Source of the DNA: a virus
Taxonomy: Duplodnaviria; Caudoviricetes
Strand: one strand, 5' to 3'
Length of the DNA stretch: 55,272 nt
IMG/VR virus record: IMGVR_UViG_3300031355_000070
Coordinates: 1-55,272 of that record
Shown here: positions 17,120 through 25,107 of the stretch, piece after piece
Numbering within the stretch: the first letter of the stretch is position 1
How the letters are laid out: each line of letters opens with the position of its first letter
Made by a program: the position numbers and the translations under genes
The notes under the pieces: model-generated
Told to the model about the DNA's origin: nothing
Seen by the model: only the letters and a program-made list of their open reading frames with translations
The model's database searches: none

Positions 17120-17992
17120 TTGAAAATTGGATTGATTGATGTGGACTCTAAGATACCAAATTTGGCACTTATGAAGATATCTGCATATTTTAAGAACCAG
17201 GGTGATCAAGTTGAATTGACATCATCCCTTTTTGCTGATCAATTTGATGAATTGTTTGCCTCAAAAATATTCAACTATACAGAAAAGCCAATCTTAACAA
17301 ATAAAGCGATTATTGGAGGGTCTGGCTATTCATTGAAAATAGAGCTTGATGAGGATATGGAAAATCTTATGCCGGATTATTCGCTTTATGATTGTGACTA
17401 TGCTATGGGATTCACATCAAGAGGCTGTAATCGCAATTGTCCATTCTGTATCGTGCCGAAAAAAGAAGGGAAATGGCGATCTGTCTGCGATATTTATCAA
17501 TTTTGGAATGGGCAGAATCATATCAAATTGTTAGATAATTCGCTTAATACAGATGAAGATCATTTTGAGATGATCTTAAATCAGTTGATAGAGAACAAGA
17601 TTAAGACTAGCTTTGATCAAGGCTTGGATATTAGATATTTAACTGAAAAACAGGCATGGCTATTGATGAAGGTGCGACTATGGAAACGAATCCACTTCGC
17701 TTGGGACTTGATGATATCAGAACCTTTTGTGAGGCATGGAATTTCGAACTTATATCATCACAAGTTACGCAGAAAATCCATGTTTTATGTGCTGATCGGA
17801 TTCAACACAACACAAGAAGAGGATTTGTATCGTGTAGAGGAGTTAAGGGGCTTGGGTGTTGATCCGTTTGTGATGCCTTATGATAAATATAATAGATACC
17901 AGAAGGATTTTGCCAGGTGGGTCAATATGAAAGCTATATTCAAATCTGTGGAATGGAAAAATTATGATAGGAGTAAGAAAAATGTTCCGTAA
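17120..17992 (+). CDS. Radical SAM protein
   Basis: TSRGCNRNCPFC (CxxxCxxC); N-terminal IPNLALMKIS motif. Confidence 0.85.
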   Translation: MKIGLIDVDSKIPNLALMKISAYFKNQGDQVELTSSLFADQFDELFASKIFNYTEKPILTNKAIIGGSGYSLKIELDEDMENLMPDYSLYDCDYAMGFTSRGCNRNCPFCIVPKKEGKWRSVCDIYQFWNGQNHIKLLDNSLNTDEDHFEMILNQLIENKIKTSFDQGLDIRYLTEKQAWLLMKVRLWKRIHFAWDLMISEPFVRHGISNLYHHKLRRKSMFYVLIGFNTTQEEDLYRVEELRGLGVDPFVMPYDKYNRYQKDFARWVNMKAIFKSVEWKNYDRSKKNVP

Positions 17993-18296
17993 TGAAAAAA
18001 TATTCAAGTATTCGATAGCGGTTTTCCTCGGCTTTTTGTTCGGGGCTTTAGTCTGGGTCCCCTTCTCGTACAAAATAATGAAGACCAGATTCTATGATGA
18101 TTTAAAGGCTGACCAGATCGTAATCCAGGAACAACTTAACATGGTTTTAGAGAGCCAGCCCGAGCTATATTTACAGACCAGGCACTTGATTCGGCTGATG
18201 AATGGATTTAAGGCCGACATGAACGAGCGAGAAAAGATGATACTGACAAGGGACATGCCTAGTGAGGTAATTGTTGGGCCGAGTGAGGAGGATTAG
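17982..18296 (+). CDS. Membrane-anchored hypothetical protein
   Basis: N-terminal TM helix; AGGAG RBS. Confidence 0.5.
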   Translation: MFRNEKIFKYSIAVFLGFLFGALVWVPFSYKIMKTRFYDDLKADQIVIQEQLNMVLESQPELYLQTRHLIRLMNGFKADMNEREKMILTRDMPSEVIVGPSEED

Positions 18297-18962
18297 ATGA
18301 ACAAGCAAAAGAAAGACGGTAATATCTCCTGGACAGACTACACCTGGAATCCGATTCAAGGCCTCTGCCCTGTAGGATGTTGGTACTGCTTTGCGAGGAA
18401 GATTTATAAGCGATTTAAATTAAGTCCAGAGCTTGCTCACATTCAGACTAAATTGCCAAAGAAACCATGTAAGATTTTTGTTTGTTCAACTATTGAAATG
18501 TTTCATCCTGCAATTCCAAAAGAGTGGAGGGACATTATATTTGAGGACATTAAGAATAATCCCCAGCACACCTTCCAAATCCTGACTAAGATGCCTCAGA
18601 ATATAGACCGACCTATGCCTGATAATGTGTGGTTGGGAGTGACGGTGACAAAGAAGGATGATTTATATAGATACTACGATGGCATATGCAAAGTAGATGC
18701 AAGAGTTTTATATATATCGTATGAACCACTATTGGAAGATTCTTCATCTGCCATTCCAATGAGTCCGCCTCCATCTGTGGATTGGATTATAGTAGGAAGA
18801 CTTACTGGACATGGACACAAATATGACCCACCTAGAAAATGGATTGAGATATTAGTAGAAACTGCAATGCACTGGAAAAAACCTACCCCCGTTTTCCTGA
18901 AGAACAATCTCAAGGAAATATGGGGTGAAAAACTTATACAGGAGTTCCCGAGAGGGGATTAG
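18297..18962 (+). CDS. DUF5131 / phage Gp37-Gp68 family radical-SAM-like protein
   Basis: ISWTDYTWNP.GLCPVGCWYCFA, HTFQILTK, NVWLGVTV, SYEPLL, DWIIVG motifs. Confidence 0.85.
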   Translation: MNKQKKDGNISWTDYTWNPIQGLCPVGCWYCFARKIYKRFKLSPELAHIQTKLPKKPCKIFVCSTIEMFHPAIPKEWRDIIFEDIKNNPQHTFQILTKMPQNIDRPMPDNVWLGVTVTKKDDLYRYYDGICKVDARVLYISYEPLLEDSSSAIPMSPPPSVDWIIVGRLTGHGHKYDPPRKWIEILVETAMHWKKPTPVFLKNNLKEIWGEKLIQEFPRGD

Positions 18963-19139
18963 ATGAGCAAGGCGCACAAGATTTATGACTGGGAAGAGTG
19001 GAAAGAATTCTGTGAAGAATGGAACGAAAATCCGCATGAGATTGCAGATTTGAGTGTAGGCTATCCTGGACATCCCGATACTAAATATGATTACGAATAT
19101 ATGGGTGATACACCAAAGAGGGAGGGGGAAGACGCCTAG
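18963..19139 (+). CDS. Small GHPDT-motif protein (58 aa), paralog of 10309..10527
   Basis: EFCEEWNENPHEIADLSVGYPGHPDTKYDYEYMG; below the ORF-track cutoff. Confidence 0.6.
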   Translation: MSKAHKIYDWEEWKEFCEEWNENPHEIADLSVGYPGHPDTKYDYEYMGDTPKREGEDA

Positions 19140-19143
19140 AAAA

Positions 19144-19641
19144 ATGATGCATACGTATACACACGCAGAGTTAGTGAAAAGAGCTGGACGATGGTTACGG
19201 ACTCAAGGGTGTGCTGTGATCATAACAGAGATGGCAGGTGGTTTTCAAGAACCTGATGCAATAGGATGGCATCCACGATATTCAATTCTGGTTGAATGTA
19301 AGGTAAGTAGAGCAGACTTCTTGAGTGATAAAAATAAAGGGCATCAAAGAATAGGAAAAAGCATGGGAGATACAAGATATTACCTTGCTCCACCAGGCAT
19401 CATTACGCTTGTGGATTTGCCCAAAAAATGGGGATTACTTGAGCCTTATAGAAATGGTGTTAAAAGAGTAGTTTACCCCACTGAATTTTTTCAAGAAAAA
19501 GATTGGAGAAATGAAATCACTTTGATTATTTCTGCATTTAGGAGAGTTCGGGGGATTATGCCGGATGGGGTGTCTGCCAAATTTTATGAGTATGAAACTA
19601 AGAATAGAGCTACTGTCGGAATAGGCAGGGAGGAGGAATAA
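19144..19641 (+). CDS. PD-(D/E)XK nuclease-like protein (MmcB-like)
   Basis: EPDAIGW...ILVECKVSRADFLSD...RYYLAP...LPKKWGLL. Confidence 0.7.
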   Translation: MMHTYTHAELVKRAGRWLRTQGCAVIITEMAGGFQEPDAIGWHPRYSILVECKVSRADFLSDKNKGHQRIGKSMGDTRYYLAPPGIITLVDLPKKWGLLEPYRNGVKRVVYPTEFFQEKDWRNEITLIISAFRRVRGIMPDGVSAKFYEYETKNRATVGIGREEE

Positions 19642-19737
19642 ATGGCTTGGTATTGGATAGTGCTTATATCGGTGGGGGCTGTGTATTTTTTAGCATGGCT
19701 CGGATTTAGATTTCTGCTATGGGTGAGGAAATTATAA
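19642..19737 (+). CDS. Membrane micropeptide (31 aa)
   Basis: GGAGGAGG RBS; MAWYWIVLISVGAVYFLAWLGFRFLLWVRKL. Confidence 0.5.
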   Translation: MAWYWIVLISVGAVYFLAWLGFRFLLWVRKL

Positions 19738-19845
19738 ATGCGAACTTTTGCCTATATTGTTTTCCATGTTTGTTGGGTAATCATACTCTTGCCGTGTGCT
19801 TGGTATGACATAGTGAGACATTGGATACAAAGGAGAGAGCGATGA
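19738..19845 (+). CDS. Membrane micropeptide (35 aa) containing WYDIVRHWI
   Basis: GAGG RBS; paralog of 10896..10988; ATGA overlap with the next gene. Confidence 0.55.
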   Translation: MRTFAYIVFHVCWVIILLPCAWYDIVRHWIQRRER

Positions 19846-20651
19846 GTGAAATAAACGAGAACACACGAGCTGTCTGGTTCACTGATAATTTAATTAAAAG
19901 ATTAGAACCCTATTGTATATTACGTGGTTATAGGGGAAGCATCGCTTATAATACCTATGAGGAAAAGACAACTCACGACGATAAAGACATTATGGGAATT
20001 TACATACCGCCTGAAGATGTAATTTTTGGAATTAGGAATATGGAAACCATAGAAAGAATGATGGATGAAAAATTATCTCAAAAACGAACTATTGTATGGG
20101 ATATAGTTTATTATTCATTGCCAAAATATCTTAATCTTATTCTGAAGCAAAACCCAAATGTTATTATGCTTTTGTGGTTAGCAGAAAAGCATTATATTAA
20201 GAAAACGAAATTAGGGGAGAAATTGATTAATGCTAGAGACCAGCTAGTTTCAAAACAATGTTATCAATCTTTTTGTGGTTATGCTCACGGACAATTACAT
20301 CGAATGACCCATCATCACCCGACAGGGAGGATGGGGGCAAAAAGAAAAGAGTTAGTTGAAAGATTTGGTTATGATGTGAAAAATGCAAGTCATCTGATTC
20401 GCTTGTTAAAAATGGGGGTTGAAACCTTATTGACTGGTGAAATGATTGTCGAAAGACCAGACAATAACATGCTTTTAGAAATAAAGCGTGGTGAATGGTC
20501 ATTAAAAAAAGTCTTAGATTATTCAGATAAGCTTTTTCAATTAATGGATGAAGCCTATGTAAAATCGCCACTTCCAAATAAAGTAAACGAGCCGTTTGTT
20601 AATATGCTTTGTGAAGAAATTATAACCGAATTTTATAGAGCCAGCCTATAA
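19842..20651 (+). CDS. Pol-beta-superfamily nucleotidyltransferase (YcgL/RlaP-like)
   Basis: RGSIAY...DDKDIMG, QNPNVI, GYDVKNASHLIRLL, LLEIKRGE motifs. Confidence 0.8.
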   Translation: MSEINENTRAVWFTDNLIKRLEPYCILRGYRGSIAYNTYEEKTTHDDKDIMGIYIPPEDVIFGIRNMETIERMMDEKLSQKRTIVWDIVYYSLPKYLNLILKQNPNVIMLLWLAEKHYIKKTKLGEKLINARDQLVSKQCYQSFCGYAHGQLHRMTHHHPTGRMGAKRKELVERFGYDVKNASHLIRLLKMGVETLLTGEMIVERPDNNMLLEIKRGEWSLKKVLDYSDKLFQLMDEAYVKSPLPNKVNEPFVNMLCEEIITEFYRASL

Positions 20652-20662
20652 AGGAGTAAGAG

Positions 20663-20980
20663 ATGAAAAAGCCTAATGTTAGAAAATGGTTATGCAATTT
20701 TTTGAAATGCAAGAAGGGCTATGCACAAACAATTAAAGATTTGCAAGTTGAAAATGAGGCATATATTTCTGCTATTAATGCTTGTTATGGGGACTTGGAA
20801 GAGAAAGATAAGCAAGTAAAGGAATGGAGGCATAAATATAATGAGTGCATGAAGAATAAGCCAGAAGTGGATGAGGAGTTTATAAGAAGATGGGGGGCAG
20901 AATTCGTTAGAGGTTTTGAAGCGCCAGGGGATAATATTGTTCAGATGCTTACTGAGGCGGGAGTAAAAATCAAGGAGTAA
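20663..20980 (+). CDS. Hypothetical coiled-coil protein
   Basis: AAGGAG RBS. Confidence 0.5.
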   Translation: MKKPNVRKWLCNFLKCKKGYAQTIKDLQVENEAYISAINACYGDLEEKDKQVKEWRHKYNECMKNKPEVDEEFIRRWGAEFVRGFEAPGDNIVQMLTEAGVKIKE

Positions 20981-20983
20981 AAA

Positions 20984-22138
20984 ATGAGCATAAACTTTAA
21001 AAAATTCTTTAAAGAGATTGACCGAAAGGAATTAATTGTTTTATTGATGGCAGTAATACTTGGGATCGCTATGACTATTGTTGGTACTTTTAATTCTTTG
21101 CCCCTCTGCATTATTGGGATAATATTAGTAATTGCTATAGTAATTTATTTAGTCTGGGCTTATCAAATATGGATTCATCGAAAGCCAGAGCCTGTTCCTG
21201 ATGTTCCCGAACCACCAGCACCACCACCAGAGCTATTACCAAAACCAATTCTACCTCCATATTTTGGTGCAAGCGTTTATGAATTAGTTCAGCAAACACC
21301 TGAAAAGATGCGAGCCTTTTTGCAGAAGCTCAAGAAAGCTGGCGGAAATGCGACAGAGATATTTCTAGTGCATTCGCATAATTGTAACACACTTCAACCT
21401 TATTTGTGTGATGACGGAATAGAAAGATTTGATTTGAGTAGATGGAACGAAACTTTTTGGAGTCAATTTCATCATTTCCTTGTTCAATGTAAACTTTTAG
21501 GAATAGTCCCCTTCATCCGCATACATGACTTTTGTAGCATCAAGCGACCTGAAATATCGAAGTATTATTGCTTTCTTAATAATAGGCAAGGATTCACAAA
21601 TGTATATAATGATTCAAGAATATATCAATATTATTTTAAATTAAACAATAAGATAATCAAAGAATTAAGAATTGCTGGGATAGAGAAATATTATATTATC
21701 CCGATGTCGGAAGCAGATGGATCAGATTCTAATATGGATGTATTTCACGGAAGATATGTTGTGAATTTACTGGATAACGGTGTCCCCCAAGACCAGATAA
21801 TCCTCTCCACGGACCCAAAACATTTTGACAGACTTAAGAGCTTGGGATGTAGGCTAGAGGTACATGATGTGGCATATCCACTGAATATAGATGCTTATTT
21901 AATTGCGTATGGAAATTTCATCTTTCCGAATGGCGATGGTTGTCATGGGATTGGAATTGCCTCATGGAATGGGTACAGAGAGCCAGACAAGGAACAAGCT
22001 CAAAGATTAGGGCAATATACCAGAAAAAATAATCTGTTCGGATACTGCTACAAGGCACGTTCTTGCTACCAGACAAAAGATGAAGTCCATATAGAGCTGG
22101 CTGATTTTAGTGCGTTGAGGGCACTGGTGGGGAAATAA
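20984..22138 (+). CDS. Membrane-anchored glycoside-hydrolase-like (TIM-barrel) protein
   Basis: Two TM helices, a Pro-rich linker, then RFDLSRWNETFW...GIVPFIRIHD. Confidence 0.5.
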   Translation: MSINFKKFFKEIDRKELIVLLMAVILGIAMTIVGTFNSLPLCIIGIILVIAIVIYLVWAYQIWIHRKPEPVPDVPEPPAPPPELLPKPILPPYFGASVYELVQQTPEKMRAFLQKLKKAGGNATEIFLVHSHNCNTLQPYLCDDGIERFDLSRWNETFWSQFHHFLVQCKLLGIVPFIRIHDFCSIKRPEISKYYCFLNNRQGFTNVYNDSRIYQYYFKLNNKIIKELRIAGIEKYYIIPMSEADGSDSNMDVFHGRYVVNLLDNGVPQDQIILSTDPKHFDRLKSLGCRLEVHDVAYPLNIDAYLIAYGNFIFPNGDGCHGIGIASWNGYREPDKEQAQRLGQYTRKNNLFGYCYKARSCYQTKDEVHIELADFSALRALVGK

Positions 22139-22139
22139 A

Positions 22140-22550
22140 ATGACTGAAATAACATTAACCGTCCCGGGAGAGCCGAGAGGAAAGCAAAGGCCCAGATGGT
22201 CGAAGCATGGGACATATACTCCGAAAGAGACTGTGAATTATGAGACTTATATCAAGGAACTTTTTGTTTTAAAGTATCCTGATTTTGTACCGCTAGAGAC
22301 CCCATTATCATTAAGACTTATTGTATATTTGACAATCCCGAAATCGGCAAGCAAAAAGAAAAAGATGCTTATGCGAAGTAACGTTATTAGACCAACAAAG
22401 AAGCCAGATCTGGACAATTGTATAAAAGAGATCGATGCTTTACAGGGGCTAGCATTCAAGAATGATAATCAGTTTATTGAAATTATTGCAGCGAAGTTTT
22501 ATTCAAATAAGCCTGGATTAAGAATTATAATAGAGGAATTACGATTTTAA
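22140..22550 (+). CDS. rusA: RusA family Holliday junction resolvase
   Basis: GEPRGKQRPR...YTPKET...KPDLDNCIK...D...NDNQ. Confidence 0.9.
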   Translation: MTEITLTVPGEPRGKQRPRWSKHGTYTPKETVNYETYIKELFVLKYPDFVPLETPLSLRLIVYLTIPKSASKKKKMLMRSNVIRPTKKPDLDNCIKEIDALQGLAFKNDNQFIEIIAAKFYSNKPGLRIIIEELRF

Positions 22551-22576
22551 ATTTTAATAAACGGAGGTGATTTAGA

Positions 22577-22924
22577 ATGCTCAAGAGAAGGATTTTTTTA
22601 TTCGGCTTGATAATGCTGTTTATGATTCCAGTGGCCTTATTGGCTCAAACTCAAGCGATTGAACTCGATCTAGCAAAAGTTGAATTGATACTTCTAGCAG
22701 GAGTAGCTGGTTTTGGTGTGGCAGCGTTGACAGAAATGGCGAAGAGGCTGTTTAAGGCATCAGGTCTAGCTGCTTATGGGATTTCGTTAGTAGTATCGGC
22801 GGCAGCAACCGCTTATTATCTAGTTCAGACAGGATGGGATTTGTGGCAGTTTATCGCTTATACGATATTGGTCTTTTTAGCAGCAAACGGGTTCTACAAG
22901 GTAGTGAAAAAGCCGAATCAATAA
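22577..22924 (+). CDS. Multi-TM membrane protein, holin candidate
   Basis: Signal-like N-terminus plus 3 TM helices; near the lysin gene. Confidence 0.5.
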   Translation: MLKRRIFLFGLIMLFMIPVALLAQTQAIELDLAKVELILLAGVAGFGVAALTEMAKRLFKASGLAAYGISLVVSAAATAYYLVQTGWDLWQFIAYTILVFLAANGFYKVVKKPNQ

Positions 22925-22967
22925 CTTTTTAGGACTTGTGGGAAGGGGTGGGCACAAAGGGTTAACT

Positions 22968-23315
22968 ATGAAAAAATATTATAGTTTTATAGGAGGCTTT
23001 CCAGGTTGGTATGAACAAATTAAGCATAAACACTATAAGCCTAAAATAAAGACTATAAAGGGAGAACTTATTTTATCAAATGACCCAGGAGAAATAGAAA
23101 TGAAAAAGATTGATATAACCAAAAAGATTGCATTTGATTTGCAGCATCTTAATTGGAACACAAAAGGATTATATGTTAATATTTACTATCATGAATCCCA
23201 TTTTAAAATACATGATGTGGGAATAGTGTATTTCAATGGGGAGCATAGATTGGAGAAAGGGTATATCCTCAAGTTATCCGATGATGAGAATGTGCACTTC
23301 TTTAAATTAGTCTGA
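22968..23315 (+). CDS. Hypothetical protein
   Basis: ORF filling the gap; AT-rich. Confidence 0.45.
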   Translation: MKKYYSFIGGFPGWYEQIKHKHYKPKIKTIKGELILSNDPGEIEMKKIDITKKIAFDLQHLNWNTKGLYVNIYYHESHFKIHDVGIVYFNGEHRLEKGYILKLSDDENVHFFKLV

Positions 23316-23385
23316 ATAATTATTTCCAACCACATCTTCATAGGAGGTGGAATAAGGATAGTTTAAGCTGATTCTCTAGGGGAAC

Positions 23386-23427
23386 GAGGGCAGTATAAGG
23401 GATGGCCAAACCTGCCCTCTTTTTTTT
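23386..23427 (+). terminator. Intrinsic terminator
   Basis: GAGGGCAG/CTGCCCTC stem followed by T8. Confidence 0.75.
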
Positions 23428-23428
23428 G

Positions 23429-23462
23429 TACTTGACATTTTCCAATTCATTCTTTATTTTAA
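23429..23462 (+). promoter_or_regulatory. Late-class promoter 1
   Basis: TACTTGACA-N11-ATTCTTTATTTTAA; same motif at 32784. Confidence 0.7.
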
Positions 23463-23466
23463 ATAT

Positions 23467-23931
23467 ATGCCTACCAATTCCGATATTATAAGGCAGTCTT
23501 ATCTTCGCACTCAAGCCGTCTGGTATCTCAAGAAATGGCTTCTCGTTCCCTATTCATGGGGTGGGTCAGACTTCTCTGGCATGGATTGTTCAGGTCTAAT
23601 AATCGAAGTCCTCAAATCAGTCGGAATTCTACCTCATGAATTCGATGATACTGCTCAAGGATTATATCTGCGATTCAAGGAAAACATAAGAAAACCGCCT
23701 CAAATGCCGATTATGGGCTGCCTTGTTTTCTGGTTTAACAATGGCAAGGCAGTTCATGTTGAGATGACCTATGATGATAATCATGTGATTGGTGCTTCTG
23801 GTGGGGGAAGCAGAGTGAAATCAATATCTGATGCTATTCGAGATGATGCATATGTTAAATTAAGGCCGATTAACTACAGAGGTAATGCGTATAAAATCTG
23901 CGATCCGTTCCTAGATGAGGAAACTCCATGA
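23467..23931 (+). CDS. NlpC/P60 cell-wall peptidase (endolysin candidate)
   Basis: PYSWGG...GMDCSGL...HV catalytic motifs; no RBS, likely leaderless. Confidence 0.85.
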   Translation: MPTNSDIIRQSYLRTQAVWYLKKWLLVPYSWGGSDFSGMDCSGLIIEVLKSVGILPHEFDDTAQGLYLRFKENIRKPPQMPIMGCLVFWFNNGKAVHVEMTYDDNHVIGASGGGSRVKSISDAIRDDAYVKLRPINYRGNAYKICDPFLDEETP

Positions 23932-24107
23932 AAGATACTATAAAATTAATACTCGAACTTATAAAAATGGGGAAAGGGATATATAAAATTTACAGGAAAG
24001 AAAAGAATGCTAGCAAGAAAAGGAAGATTATCAAGGCTCTTGAAAAGCAAGATTTGGTTGCTCTTCGTCGGGCTATTTTTAATCGTAGGCCTACTGAGCG
24101 TAAATAG
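23928..24107 (+). CDS. Small basic protein (59 aa) overlapping the lipoprotein gene
   Basis: GAGG RBS; ATGA overlap with the lysin stop. Confidence 0.45.
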   Translation: MKDTIKLILELIKMGKGIYKIYRKEKNASKKRKIIKALEKQDLVALRRAIFNRRPTERK

Positions 24108-24285
24108 TTGTAGCCAGTATAATCCAGCTCTCTATCCAGCTCAGGACATATTAATTCCAGGCCCGGATGTGGATATTGTAGGATTTGCAGACGGAAACGT
24201 AATCGTGACACCTGGATATATAATGTGGGCCGAGGACTTAAAGACTGAGATTGTAAGGCTTAGGAAGTTATTAGAGGAGAAATGA
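24007..24285 (+). CDS. Putative lipoprotein (spanin-like)
   Basis: Hydrophobic signal ending VNSC; lysis context; start uncertain. Confidence 0.45.
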   Translation: MLARKGRLSRLLKSKIWLLFVGLFLIVGLLSVNSCSQYNPALYPAQDILIPGPDVDIVGFADGNVIVTPGYIMWAEDLKTEIVRLRKLLEEK

Positions 24286-24582
24286 ATGATCGAGCCAATC
24301 ACAACAGGTGGAATAATCGTGCTTGTGGCTTCGAGTATCGGAAGCTGGCTGAAAATTATCAGAGATACTAGAAGACAAAGCGGAAACGGAATCGATTTAC
24401 GGGACATCAAGGAGACGGTTAAAGACACAGACAAGAAGGTTGATGATATGGCTGTGGATATAGGAAGCATAAAGACAGACGTCAAGAACCAGAAAAAGAA
24501 CTGTGTCCAAATATCGGCTAATTTTGAGAAGCAGATTAGCGAGAACAGGAACAGGATATTTGGCATGAAGGGGGAGAAATGA
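24286..24582 (+). CDS. Membrane/coiled-coil protein (holin-like)
   Basis: N-terminal TM plus coiled coil, in the lysis cassette. Confidence 0.45.
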   Translation: MIEPITTGGIIVLVASSIGSWLKIIRDTRRQSGNGIDLRDIKETVKDTDKKVDDMAVDIGSIKTDVKNQKKNCVQISANFEKQISENRNRIFGMKGEK

Positions 24583-24794
24583 AAGTAGTGTTTGAGGCTC
24601 AGATTATGCAGAACAATATAAAATCGCTTCGTAGTATGGATAAAGAGGCAAGGCTAACTTTGGAATATAAAGCAGAAGACGATAAACTTGTGGCTGATAT
24701 TAATAAACTTCATAGTGCAGAAAAAACAGTGTGGGTTGTAATTATGAATGAGCATTTTAATCTTCCTTATCAAAAAGGAGAATCACTAAAGTAG
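24579..24794 (+). CDS. Hypothetical protein
   Basis: ATGA overlap; GGAG RBS. Confidence 0.5.
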   Translation: MKVVFEAQIMQNNIKSLRSMDKEARLTLEYKAEDDKLVADINKLHSAEKTVWVVIMNEHFNLPYQKGESLK

Positions 24795-24810
24795 TGAAAA
24801 AATAGTGAAA

Positions 24811-25107
24811 ATGGCATATAAAGATTTTAAAAAAGGACATCCTAAGAAAGGGGGCAGAAAGAAAGGAACTCCAAACAAGTTTACCACACTCAGGAAATCG
24901 TTTCTAGACGCTTTTCAGGATAAGAGGATTGGAGGAACAGAAGGACTAATACAAGTTTTTTCAAAGAATGATATAAGAAAGATAGATTTTTTTAAACTGA
25001 TTTCTAAGATGCTTCCAACGAATATAACTGCCAATCTGTCTGAAAAAAAGATAGTTAAGATTGAGTTTGTATCTGTAAAGAAGAAAAAAGATGACAAAAC
25101 AGTTTGA
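24811..25107 (+). CDS. terS: Terminase small subunit
   Basis: FKKG...GGRKKGTPNK motif directly upstream of TerL. Confidence 0.75.
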   Translation: MAYKDFKKGHPKKGGRKKGTPNKFTTLRKSFLDAFQDKRIGGTEGLIQVFSKNDIRKIDFFKLISKMLPTNITANLSEKKIVKIEFVSVKKKKDDKTV

